Shown here: positions 1 through 8,021 of the stretch, in pieces | Layout of the letters: every line of letters begins with the position of its first letter | Position numbering within the stretch: the stretch's first letter is position 1 | Origin: a virus | DNA: 64,000 nt | Strand: one strand, 5' to 3' | Virus genome (UHGV): UHGV-0057547 | Notes under the pieces: model-generated | Seen by the model: only the letters and a program-made list of their open reading frames with translations | Told to the model about the DNA's origin: nothing | Databases searched by the model: none | Made by a program: the position numbers and the translations under genes

Positions 1-84
1 AGAAATAGTCTAGTCACTCTAGGAAACTAGGTGCTTAGAATTAACTAAGGTTTATAGTGTAGCGACTATAAGTAAATATTAACG
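1..84 (+). mobile_element. 3' terminal part of a group I-like intron (5' part lies upstream of window)
   Basis: S-like element GAAATAGTCTAG at 2-13. Terminal hairpin TATAGTGTAGCGACTATAA. Ends ...ATATTAACG like the element termini at 23026 and 41131, which share the GTGCTTAGAATT(A/G)ACTAAGGTTTATA...GCGA(C/T)TATAAATAAA block. Confidence 0.55.
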
Positions 85-261
85 TTTGTTTTGCCTTTTG
101 CGAAGCAGTGGAAATTAGCTAAAAATGATGTTTTAGGGGGAGAAGAAGGAATAGAAGATTATGAAGATGTAGATAAAATATACAATGAACAAAATAAGAA
201 TAATACCGAAGTAGAAAATGAAGTAGAAGATGAAGTAGGTGAGGAAAACAATGACAAGTAG
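85..261 (+). CDS. 3' exon (C-terminal acidic tail) of an upstream intron-containing gene, partial
   Basis: Open frame from the presumed 3' splice site at 84/85 to TAG at 259-261. E/D-rich tail. Identity unknown; the position before TerL suggests small terminase or another packaging gene. Confidence 0.4.
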   Translation, partial: FVLPFAKQWKLAKNDVLGGEEGIEDYEDVDKIYNEQNKNNTEVENEVEDEVGEENNDK

Positions 262-401
262 TCCAAAAGAAAATGTTGAAAAAGAAGAAATACTTTCCGA
301 TGATGTCATGAAAAGTCCTCATAGAAAAAGAAGGAATTTATCCCAAAGAAAAAAAGATAGATTAAATGAAGGTATGAAAATATGGACTGCATTTTATAGG
401 T
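251..401 (+). CDS. terL: large terminase subunit, exon 1 (N-terminus; 3' boundary approximate)
   Basis: ATG 251 with SD GGTGAGG about 8 nt upstream. Basic N-terminus ...GMKIWTAFYR. The frame hits TAG at 410, just before the intron core (P element at 450), so the exon must end at or before about 409. Joining to 748 gives ...FYR-L-NIHRFALDFLGL... Confidence 0.45.
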
Positions 402-747
402 TAAATATTTAGCTTATTTTATTAGGTAACTAATAATCTAAACCCTTTGAATTGCTGGAAAGGACTTAGAGCCTATTGAACTACAACGTGACTAGAAATG
501 GTGAGCGTGAATGTTTAAAAATCAATAGGATTGTTTAATCAGCAGGTAAGATTCTAAATTGCTATAAACAATATGAATAAACTTCAACGACTAGAGTTTA
601 AACTCGTAGGCTACAAGTTATTGGTAGTCGAAGCGGAGGGCATCCTTTCATAGGATGAAGATATAGTCTGTTCTTATATGAAAATATAAGTAGTTCTTTA
701 TTTAATAAAGAACAGTATGTATGTAGCGAATACATATGAACATTTAG
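402..747 (+). mobile_element. group I intron (family A), ORF-less, TerL intron 1
   Basis: P AATTGCTGGAAA 450-461. Q AATCAGCAGG 537-546. R CTTCAACGACTAG 582-594. S AAGATATAGTCT 658-669. Terminal hairpin TATGTATGTAGCGAATACATAT then GAACATTTAG|. The 5' splice site is uncertain (about 400-425). Confidence 0.75.
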
Positions 748-863
748 TAAACATCCATAGATTCGCACTGGATTTTTTGGGACTTAATTTATATCCGTTC
801 CAAATTATATTGCTTTATATGATGAATATAATGTATAGCACTTGCCTAATATGTGCAAGGGGT
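748..863 (+). CDS. terL: large terminase subunit, exon 2 (Q-motif/Walker A region)
   Basis: Frame from 750 reads NIHRFALDFLGLNLYPFQIILLYMMNIMYSTCLICARG. LYPFQ resembles the TerL adenine-binding Q motif (L.PWQ). The exon ends ...AGGGGT, the family B insertion context. Confidence 0.6.
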
Positions 864-937
864 AAATAGATATGCTCCATTATATAGAAATATATAATTA
901 AAAATCAATCAAAATCGGTAAAAGTCTAAGTTTAATA

Positions 938-966
938 TTTACATTTTTTAGGAATATAAGTATAAT
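938..966 (+). promoter_or_regulatory. intron-internal sigma70-like promoter for the HNH ORF
   Basis: TTTACA 938-943, 17-nt spacer, TATAAT 961-966. SD AAAAGGGGTG then ATG 988. Confidence 0.5.
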
Positions 967-987
967 ATATAAAAGGGGTGAGATTAA

Positions 988-1773
988 ATGGGTAAAATAA
1001 TAAATAAATATGATAGAATAGGTGAAACATCGATATCAAAAGAAGGATATGAAATGAAAATAATTGAATATATTGATGCAAGACATATTCTAATAGAATT
1101 TCAAGATGAACATAAAACTAGGTTAATGTGTCAATATGGTGACTTTAAATGTAGAAAAAATATTAAAAATCCATATCATCCAGCAGTATATAAAATAGGG
1201 TATTTGGGACAAGGTAAATATAATAAAAAAAATTATCAACGTATATATTGGACATGGAAAGATATGCTGAGAAGATGTTATAGTGAAGAGTACTTAAAAA
1301 GAGAACCTTCTTATAGAGGCTGTTGTGTTTGTGAAGAATGGCATAATTTCCAAAACTTTGCTAAATGGTATGAAGAAAATTATTATGAAGTTGAGAATCA
1401 AAGAATGCATTTAGATAAAGATATACTTGTAAAAATGAATAAAACATATAGTCCACAAACTTGTATATTTGTTCCACAAATAATTAATAGTTTATTTATA
1501 ACATCTAAGGCTATAAGAGGAGAATATCCTATTGGCGTTTCAAGAAAACAGAATAAATTAATTGTTCAAATTAATAAATATGATGAAAATATGAAAAAAT
1601 CAAAATATACAATGGTAAAAAAATTTGAAATAGAAGAAGTAAATGAAGCATTTTTTTGCTATAAAACAGAAAAAGAAAATGAAATAAAGAAAAGAGCCGA
1701 TTTATTTAAAGAATATATTCCAAAAAAATTGTATAATGCATTATATAAATATAAAATTGAAATAACAGATTAA
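988..1773 (+). CDS. HNH-family homing endonuclease with AP2-type DNA-binding region (intron-encoded)
   Basis: WTWKDMLRRC...YRGCCVCEEWHNFQNFAKW and H-LDKD...N...C blocks as in phage HNH/AP2 homing endonucleases. Lies entirely inside family B element 864-2032. Confidence 0.55.
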   Translation: MGKIINKYDRIGETSISKEGYEMKIIEYIDARHILIEFQDEHKTRLMCQYGDFKCRKNIKNPYHPAVYKIGYLGQGKYNKKNYQRIYWTWKDMLRRCYSEEYLKREPSYRGCCVCEEWHNFQNFAKWYEENYYEVENQRMHLDKDILVKMNKTYSPQTCIFVPQIINSLFITSKAIRGEYPIGVSRKQNKLIVQINKYDENMKKSKYTMVKKFEIEEVNEAFFCYKTEKENEIKKRADLFKEYIPKKLYNALYKYKIEITD

Positions 1774-2032
1774 ATATGATAATACCGAGGTAAGATAGAA
1801 AATTAAAAAGTTCTATCCACTGTAGAGCATAGAGATTGAACCTTTGTAAGAACTATTATACAATAGTTCTTTTTTAATTGCAAAGAATAAAATATCTCCA
1901 AGAGTGATTGACACCTTACTATTAAGTTAAAGGTGAAAATATATGCCATACTGAGCTAGAATTGACTAGCTGATGAAAATGAGGGAAACCTCCAGAGGTT
2001 AAGATAAAAAACTTAACGTTAATAATGAATAG

Positions 2033-2125
2033 TTATCGAAATCGTATATGACAGCAATATTCCTTTGTTGTAAAGCAATATTATATCCAAATAGTTTAAT
2101 TGTAGTTTCTTGTTCAACTAAGGAG
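2033..2125 (+). CDS. terL: large terminase subunit, exon 3 (3' boundary approximate, 2125-2142)
   Basis: Only open frame from 2033 reads LSKSYMTAIFLCCKAILYPNSLIVVSCSTKEQARYN. The junction with exon 2 gives CARG-LSKS, a deviant Walker A P-loop. The exon ends in AGGAG next to the family A 5' hairpin. Confidence 0.5.
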
Positions 2126-2338
2126 CAAGCGAGATATAATGTCTCCTATATTAAGTGATTAGTATAGCAAATCTTTTGAATTGCTGGAAACTCCTAAAGC
2201 TCAATTCACTACAACGTAAGGTTAAATCCTAAGCGTGAATGTTACGAAAGTAGAAAAAAGTAATTGAGATGGTATAAGGTTAAATCCTAAGTACTTTTAC
2301 AATGGACAATCAGCAGGTAAGATTTATATTTATTTTAC

Positions 2339-2368
2339 TTTACTTTTAATAATTAATTTCGTATAATT
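2339..2368 (+). promoter_or_regulatory. intron-internal sigma70-like promoter
   Basis: TTTACT 2339-2344, 18-nt spacer, TATAAT 2363-2368, SD GGAGGTG, ATG 2392. The same about 80-nt block recurs at 6497-6579 and 21421-21503. Confidence 0.5.
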
Positions 2369-2391
2369 TAAGTAAATGGAGGTGAAATATT

Positions 2392-3327
2392 ATGGCATGG
2401 AAATATGAAGATGTGAAAAAGTATGTAGAATCATTTGGTTATAAATTAATATCAAAAGAATATAAGACTTGTAAAGATAAACTTCATTTAATGTGTCCTA
2501 ATGAAAGTGATTTTATTGTAAGATTTGATAATTTTAAAAATGCTAAACAACGTTGTAAATGTGATAAATGTAAAGGTAGAAATCCAAGAATGTTTTCTTA
2601 TGAATATGTAAAAGAATACATAGAAAAAGAAGGGTATAAATTAATATCAAAAGAATACAATGGAAATAAAAAACGTATAGAATTAGAATGCCCAAATGGT
2701 CATAAATGGAAAGTAAGATTTACTGATTTTAAAAATGGAAGAAGATGTTATTATTGTTCTTGTTGTTATAAACCTACCATTGGAGAAATTAGAATGAGAT
2801 TATCAAAATATGGTTATACATTGTTATCTGAAGAATATAAAAATGCAAATGAAAAAATTAATGTAAAATGCCCTAATGGTCATAAATATCCTACTACATA
2901 TCATAATTTTGATAATGGTAAAAGATGTCCATACTGTTATAATAAATATAGTAAAGGTGAGTATAGACTTATAAATTTATTTAATAATTATAAAATAAAC
3001 TATAAACATCAATATATTTTTAATGATTGTAGAGATATAAATCCTTTGCCATTTGATTTTTATTTATATGATTATAATTGTTGTGTAGAATTTGATGGAG
3101 AAGGGCATTATGAACCTAGAAATTGGAATGGAGCTTCAGATGAAAAAGCAATAGAAACATATAAAATAACGGTATTACATGATAAAATTAAAACACAATA
3201 TTGTAAGGATAATAGCGTAAAACTCATAAGAATACCATATTGGGAATTTAATAATATAGAAAACATTATTTGTCAAGAATTAAATATTAAAAGAAAACAA
3301 AGAAGAAAAGGTAATAAATTAAAATAA
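2392..3327 (+). CDS. intron-encoded homing endonuclease: 4 tandem Zn-ribbon-like modules + C-terminal Vsr/DUF559-like PD-(D/E)XK nuclease
   Basis: Repeated module Y(V/I)E..GYKLIS.EYK.....L...CPNGH.....F.NFKNG.RC..C x4. C-terminal block PLPFDFYLYDYNCCVEFDGEGHYE...KLIRIPYWEFNNIENII. Confidence 0.6.
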   Translation: MAWKYEDVKKYVESFGYKLISKEYKTCKDKLHLMCPNESDFIVRFDNFKNAKQRCKCDKCKGRNPRMFSYEYVKEYIEKEGYKLISKEYNGNKKRIELECPNGHKWKVRFTDFKNGRRCYYCSCCYKPTIGEIRMRLSKYGYTLLSEEYKNANEKINVKCPNGHKYPTTYHNFDNGKRCPYCYNKYSKGEYRLINLFNNYKINYKHQYIFNDCRDINPLPFDFYLYDYNCCVEFDGEGHYEPRNWNGASDEKAIETYKITVLHDKIKTQYCKDNSVKLIRIPYWEFNNIENIICQELNIKRKQRRKGNKLK

Positions 3328-3484
3328 ATATGAATAAACTTCAACGACTAAGTATCCTAGTAGTCTAGGTAGAGGAAGAGGTCTTATATTAATAAGATTG
3401 TGATATAGTCTGCTCTCATGCGAAAGCATGAGCAGTTCATAAAAGAACGGATAGAATAGTAACGATATTCTATTGAACATAAGG

Positions 3485-3617
3485 AATCTTATAAAGGAGA
3501 AGATAGCTAAAGAGCTATGTTCTCAATCGAAAATGTTAAATAGAGAAATTGCTAAAGTAGTCACTGGTACTAATGAAACAGTGGTTATCTTTAACAATGG
3601 TAGTACCATTCAAGTTT
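3485..3617 (+). CDS. terL: large terminase subunit, exon 4
   Basis: Frame from 3485 reads NLIKEKIAKELCSQSKMLNREIAKVVTGTNETVVIFNNGSTIQV until TAA 3617-3619. Consistent with the post-Walker-A region of TerL ATPases. Confidence 0.5.
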
Positions 3618-3826
3618 AATGCTTTGCACATTGAGTAATTAGTGTGTATAACCGATTGAATTGCTTGTAAATCCTAAAGCTAACTAAACTACAACGTAAC
3701 CTGAAAAGGTAAGCGTGAATGTAGCGAAAGCAGAAAAAATTAGTTAGATGGTATATGGTTAAATCCTAAGTACTTTTACAATGGAAGTCTAGCAGGGAAG
3801 ATTCTAAAATTATTTAAATTAAATAT

Positions 3827-3855
3827 TTGACTTTTAATAATATAAGTTGTATAAT
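3827..3855 (+). promoter_or_regulatory. intron-internal sigma70-like promoter
   Basis: TTGACT 3827-3832, 17-nt spacer, TATAAT 3850-3855, SD GGAGGTG, ATG 3878. Confidence 0.55.
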
Positions 3856-3877
3856 ATAAATAAATGGAGGTGATAAT

Positions 3878-4834
3878 ATGTCAAAAATAATGTGGGATGA
3901 AAAATCAATAAAAAAATTTGTTGAGCAATATAATCATGAATTCATTGAAATTATAGAATTTAATAACATAAGAAGTTTAATAAAAATTAAATGTAAAAAT
4001 AAAAAACACAAACCATTTGAAATAAAATTTACATCATTTAGACAAACTATGCTAAAAAATGGAAATTCTTGCAAAGAATGTAAAAAAGAAGCAAAAATGT
4101 TAAAAAGAGAAGATGTAGAAAACCTAATTAGAGAAAGAGGACTTATTTGGCTAGAGGGAGAGTATATAAGTAATGATACAAAAAATTTATTAGTATGGTG
4201 TGGAAATATTAATCATGAACCATTTTTAACAAGTCAAAATTATATATTATGTAATAATGGTAATAGTTGCAAAAAATGTGGTATAGAAAATAATGCAAAT
4301 AACAAAAGACTTTCATATGAGTATGTATATAACTATATAAAAAATGAGGGTGATGAACTATTATCAAAAACTTATGTAAACAATTCACAAAATTTAAAAA
4401 TTAAATGTGGTAAATGTAATAATGTATTTGAAACTTCATTTGGGCACTATCAAAATAAAGATAGAAGATGCTTATGTAAAGCTCAATCAAGAGGAGAATA
4501 TGAAATTAAACGAATATTTGATAAATATAATTTAATTGAAAATGTAGATTATGAATGTCAAAAAAAATACGAAGGATTAATTGGGGTTGGTGGTAGAAAA
4601 CTTTCTTATGATTTCTATATCAATAATACATTAATAGAATATCAAGGTTCTTATCATGATGGAACTGCTAGAAAACAAACAGATGAAGGATATGAGATAC
4701 AAAAGGAACATGATAAAAGAAAAAAAGATTATGCTAAAAATAATAACATTAATTTATTAGAGATATGGTATTGGGACTTTAATAATATAGAAAATATACT
4801 TATAGAAAATTTTAATTTAAATAATAATGAATAA
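3878..4834 (+). CDS. intron-encoded homing endonuclease, Zn-ribbon modules + divergent Vsr-like nuclease domain
   Basis: CKECK/CKKCG/CGKCN Cys pairs in repeated modules. C-terminal block KLSYDFYINNTLIEYQGSYHDG...LLEIWYWDFNNIENILIENF. Confidence 0.55.
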   Translation: MSKIMWDEKSIKKFVEQYNHEFIEIIEFNNIRSLIKIKCKNKKHKPFEIKFTSFRQTMLKNGNSCKECKKEAKMLKREDVENLIRERGLIWLEGEYISNDTKNLLVWCGNINHEPFLTSQNYILCNNGNSCKKCGIENNANNKRLSYEYVYNYIKNEGDELLSKTYVNNSQNLKIKCGKCNNVFETSFGHYQNKDRRCLCKAQSRGEYEIKRIFDKYNLIENVDYECQKKYEGLIGVGGRKLSYDFYINNTLIEYQGSYHDGTARKQTDEGYEIQKEHDKRKKDYAKNNNINLLEIWYWDFNNIENILIENFNLNNNE

Positions 4835-4999
4835 CCTTCAACGAACAAGTATCCTAGTAGTCTAGGTAGTGGTCGGTATCCTTAGTAAAGGATAATGATA
4901 TGTTCTGCTCTCATGTGAAAGCATGAGCAGTTTATGTGATTAATTAAAATTCACAAATAAACGGTATAAGGTATAACGAACCTTATATGAACACAAATG

Positions 5000-5028
5000 C
5001 AGTAAACGCTTCTCAAAATACAAGAGGT
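5000..5028 (+). CDS. terL: large terminase subunit, exon 5 (29-nt micro-exon, arginine-finger region)
   Basis: Reads (S/L)VNASQNTRG. It ends in AGAGGT, the same GGT context as exon 2. Joined to exon 6 it gives NTRG-LRCHVLVVDEY, the (S/T)xRG...hhhhDE arrangement common in TerL ATPases. Confidence 0.5.
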
Positions 5029-5044
5029 AAATTTTTCATATCAC

Positions 5045-5073
5045 TTTACATTTTTTAATAATTAGAGTATAAT
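5045..5073 (+). promoter_or_regulatory. intron-internal sigma70-like promoter for the LAGLIDADG ORF
   Basis: TTTACA 5045-5050, 17-nt spacer, TATAAT 5068-5073, SD AAGGGGG. Confidence 0.5.
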
Positions 5074-5086
5074 ATAAACAAAGGGG

Positions 5087-5956
5087 GTGATTGAATTGAA
5101 ATGGACTAAGGATATGGAGCAATACTTAATTGATAATTATAATAAATTAACTATTGAAGAATTAGCTAAAAATATAGGAGTAACAAAATCCTCAATAATA
5201 AATAAAGCTTTTTCATTAAAAATAACAAATAATGTTAAAAATAAAGATAGAGGAAATATTAATATATTTAAAAATATAAATTCAGAAGAAAGTGCTTATT
5301 GGTTAGGATTTATATATGCTGATGGTTATATAGTTAAAAGTGAAAATGATAAAAAACATCATAATTATGAATTAGGTATAGAACTTCAAGAATCTGATAT
5401 TTCTCATTTGAAAAAATTTAATAAAATATTTAATGATTATTATAAAATAAAAACAAGAATCAGAAAAATGGATTCATTGGATATTTTAAATGGAAATGAA
5501 GTTTCAAATAGATTAAATAAAACTTGTTTGATAAGAATATATAATAAAGAAATAGTTAATGATTTAATAAAAAATAATATTGTTCAAAATAAAACTAATT
5601 CAGATATATTTCCTATTATAGATGATGACAATATGTTTTTACATTTTTTAAGAGGATATATTGATGGCGATGGTTCTTATGTTGTTGATAGTAAAAATAG
5701 ATACATAATATCAATTCAAGGTAATAATAAAAAATGTTTTGAATTTATATCTAATAAGTTATTAACAAGTTTTAATATTAATTCATATATAACAAAAGAT
5801 AAAACAGGTTGGAAATTAAATATAAGAAAAAAAGATGATGTTTTAAAATTAATAGATTTAATGTTTAATAATTCAAATATTTATTTAGATAGAAAATATG
5901 AGAAAGTAAAAGATATGAAAAAAGCCGTCTTTAATAGAAATATTAAAGATAATTAG
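5087..5956 (+). CDS. LAGLIDADG homing endonuclease (two LAGLIDADG motifs); start uncertain (GTG 5087, TTG 5096 or ATG 5111)
   Basis: AYWLGFIYADGYI and LRGYIDGDGSY motifs. C-terminus NRNIKDN is shared with the second LAGLIDADG ORF at 31569. Confidence 0.7.
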   Translation: MIELKWTKDMEQYLIDNYNKLTIEELAKNIGVTKSSIINKAFSLKITNNVKNKDRGNINIFKNINSEESAYWLGFIYADGYIVKSENDKKHHNYELGIELQESDISHLKKFNKIFNDYYKIKTRIRKMDSLDILNGNEVSNRLNKTCLIRIYNKEIVNDLIKNNIVQNKTNSDIFPIIDDDNMFLHFLRGYIDGDGSYVVDSKNRYIISIQGNNKKCFEFISNKLLTSFNINSYITKDKTGWKLNIRKKDDVLKLIDLMFNNSNIYLDRKYEKVKDMKKAVFNRNIKDN

Positions 5957-6275
5957 AGAACAAAATCGGTCATAGTAAATCGTAAGATTAAGCTGATAAG
6001 AGAGCCTAAGTCCTTATAGGATATGGTAATACCGAGGTAAGATAGAAAATTAAAAAGTTCTATCCACCGTAACGCATAGAGATTGAACCTTTGTGAGAAC
6101 TATTATACAATAGTTCTTTTTTAATTACAAAGAATAAAATATCTCCAAGAGTGTTCTCCACCTTATCATTAAGTTGAAGGTGAAAATATATGCTGGACTG
6201 GGTATGAATTGACATACCATAATGCGAGGAAACTCCTAGAACTAGAGGATAAAAAGCCTTTAGGATAACAAAACG

Positions 6276-6325
6276 TTAAGATGCCATGTACTCGTGGTTG
6301 ATGAGTATAGAATGATACAAGGAGT
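6276..6325 (+). CDS. terL: large terminase subunit, exon 6 (50-nt micro-exon with Walker B)
   Basis: Reads LRCHVLVVDEYRMIQG(V). VLVVDE is a Walker B hhhhDE motif. It ends with the GGAGT 5' strand of the family A P1 hairpin. Confidence 0.6.
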
Positions 6326-7865
6326 AATATATAGCTCCCTATGTTTATAAAAAGCATAGAAAAACTCTTTAATTGCTGGAAACTCCTAAAGTCCTATAAA
6401 CTACAACATGATTAGAAATAATGAGTGTGAATGTTACGAAAGTAGAAAAAATTATAGGAATGGTATATGGTTAAATCCTAAGTACTTTTACAATGGACAA
6501 TCAGCAGGTAAGATTTATATTTATTTTACTTTACTTTTAATAATTAATTTTGTATAATTTAAGTAAATGGAGGTGATAAAATGTTAAAATATAATAATGA
6601 TTATATTATCAATTATATAAATGAAAATTATAAAAATTTTAAAATAGTAAGTATAGATGGTAATGGAAAGGAAGCTATTGTAACTTTATGGTGTGGCGTT
6701 AGTGGTCATAAACATATACAATGCACATTTGCTAATCTTTTATATAAAGATAGTTTTCACTGTAGAGAATGTAAAAAAGATGATAAGATAAACGAAATAA
6801 AAAAGATTATAGGTGATGAATATCAAATAATCTCAATAGATTATATTAGTAATGATTGGATAAGAAGTAGAGCTATATTATGGTGTGGAATAGAAGGACA
6901 TGAATATATTGATGTATCTTTTAAATCAATAATAAATGGAAATATTATTGGATGTAAATTATGTAGAAAAAATAAACATATATTAAAAATAAAAGAAAAT
7001 GTAGAAAAAGTTAATAAAAAATTAATAGAAGTAAAAAAATATAATGAAAAAGATTATCACAAATCAAGAATAATAGTATCTTGTGGTAATGAAAAACATG
7101 AATTAATAGAGACTTCTTTAAATAAAATTATAAATTCAAACGTTAAATGTAAGGATTGCATAAAAGAAGATAATATTAATAAAATGATGCTATATATAAA
7201 TTCTACTCAATACAAATTTAATAAAATTGTAAAATATTGTGAATCAGATTATATAAAAAGTATGGTAGAAATAACATGTCCAAAAGATGAAACCCACATA
7301 TTTACAATGAGATTTTCTAATTTTAAATATGAAGGTAAAAGATGTCCTCATTGTGGTATGACTTATGGTGAACAAGAAGTTGCAAATGTATTAAAAAGAT
7401 ACAATATAAAATATAAATTTCAATATAAATATAAAGATTGTAGATTTATAAATCCTCTTCCTTTTGATTTTTATTTACCTGATTATAACATATTAATTGA
7501 ATACGATGGTAAACAACATTATGAATCAGTAGATTTATTTGGTGGAGAAAAAGGTTTTAAATATACAAAACAAAATGATGGAATAAAAAATCAATACTGT
7601 AAGAATAATAATATAAAATTAATAAGGATACCATATTGGTGTTTTAATAATATAGAAGAAATATTAATTAAAGAATTAAAAGTAAACATAAATAAATATG
7701 AATAAACTTCAACGACTAGAACGTAAGTTCGTAGGGTGTAAGTGATTGACACTCGAAATGGGAGTTACCTAATAATAGGTAGTGATATAGTCTAGTCTCA
7801 TATGAAAGTATGAGCAGTTCATAAGAGAACGTACATAACGTAGCGAATTATGTAGAATATAACGG
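6326..7865 (+). mobile_element. group I intron (family A) with homing endonuclease gene; TerL intron 6
   Basis: P1-like GGAGT/GCTCC hairpin 6321-6337. Hairpin CTATGTTTATAAAAAGCATAG. P 6371-6382. Q 6499-6508. ORF 6581-7705. R 7707-7719. S 7783-7792. Terminal hairpin TACATAACGTAGCGAATTATGTA then GAATATAACGG| at about 7864-7865. Confidence 0.75.
6581..7705 (+). CDS. intron-encoded homing endonuclease, Zn-ribbon modules + Vsr/DUF559-like nuclease
   Basis: Modules with WCG..GH...C.F....CReCKK and CK.C. C-terminal block PLPFDFYLPDYNILIEYDGKQHYE...KLIRIPYWCFNNIEEILIKEL. Preceded by promoter TTTACT at 6530-6535 and TATAAT at 6553-6558. Confidence 0.6.
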   Translation: MLKYNNDYIINYINENYKNFKIVSIDGNGKEAIVTLWCGVSGHKHIQCTFANLLYKDSFHCRECKKDDKINEIKKIIGDEYQIISIDYISNDWIRSRAILWCGIEGHEYIDVSFKSIINGNIIGCKLCRKNKHILKIKENVEKVNKKLIEVKKYNEKDYHKSRIIVSCGNEKHELIETSLNKIINSNVKCKDCIKEDNINKMMLYINSTQYKFNKIVKYCESDYIKSMVEITCPKDETHIFTMRFSNFKYEGKRCPHCGMTYGEQEVANVLKRYNIKYKFQYKYKDCRFINPLPFDFYLPDYNILIEYDGKQHYESVDLFGGEKGFKYTKQNDGIKNQYCKNNNIKLIRIPYWCFNNIEEILIKELKVNINKYE

Positions 7866-8021
7866 TTTTGATACATTAAACTCAGTATTAAGACCATTCT
7901 TAAACTGTGTTAGAATACCAAAATTTAAGAATAGAGATGATGGAAAATATGCAGATTATCCATCAGAGGAAAACCAAGAGATTTATTTGAGCAGTGCATT
8001 AAAACTAGTGCAAACTATGGT
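7866..8021 (+). CDS. terL: large terminase subunit, exon 7
   Basis: Reads (V/G)FDTLNSVLRPFLNCVRIPKFKNRDDGKYADYPSEENQEIYLSSALKLVQTM(V). Ends ...ATGGT before the family B start GAAATGTAGATA. Confidence 0.5.

Larger units (their letters stand above)
864..2032 (+). mobile_element. family B self-splicing intron-like element carrying an HNH homing endonuclease gene; TerL intron 2
   Basis: Begins after exon GGT with AAATAGATA. AAAATCGGT at 911-919 and GTCTAAG follow, then the ORF, then ATACCGAGGTAAG at 1782-1794. The core blocks CTCCAAGAGTG, GTGAAAATATATGC and GAGGGAAACCTC precede a terminal hairpin GTTAAGATAAAAAACTTAAC. The 3' end is taken as AATGAATAG| at 2032. Confidence 0.6.
2126..3484 (+). mobile_element. 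group I intron (family A) carrying a Zn-ribbon/Vsr-like homing endonuclease gene; TerL intron 3
   Basis: P 2179-2190. Q 2308-2317. ORF 2392-3327. R CTTCAACGACTA 3339-3350. S GATATAGTCT 3402-3411. Terminal hairpin ATAGAATAGTAACGATATTCTAT then GAACATAAGG| at 3484. Confidence 0.75.
3618..4999 (+). mobile_element. group I intron (family A) with homing endonuclease gene; TerL intron 4
   Basis: P variant AATTGCTTGTAAA 3659-3671. Q-like AGTCTAGCAGGG 3787-3798. ORF 3878-4834. R CCTTCAACGAACA 4845-4857. S-like GATAATGATATGTTC about 4891-4905. Terminal hairpin ATAAGGTATAACGAACCTTAT then GAACACAAATG| at 4999. Confidence 0.7.
5029..6275 (+). mobile_element. family B intron-like element carrying a LAGLIDADG homing endonuclease gene; TerL intron 5
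   Basis: Starts AAATTTTTCATA after GGT. The LAGLIDADG ORF ends immediately before ATTAGAGAACAAAATCGGT at 5955-5970. ATACCGAGGTAAG at 6029-6041. Core blocks identical to the other family B copies. Terminal hairpin CTAGAGGATAAAAAGCCTTTAG then GATAACAAAACG| at 6275. Confidence 0.6.
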
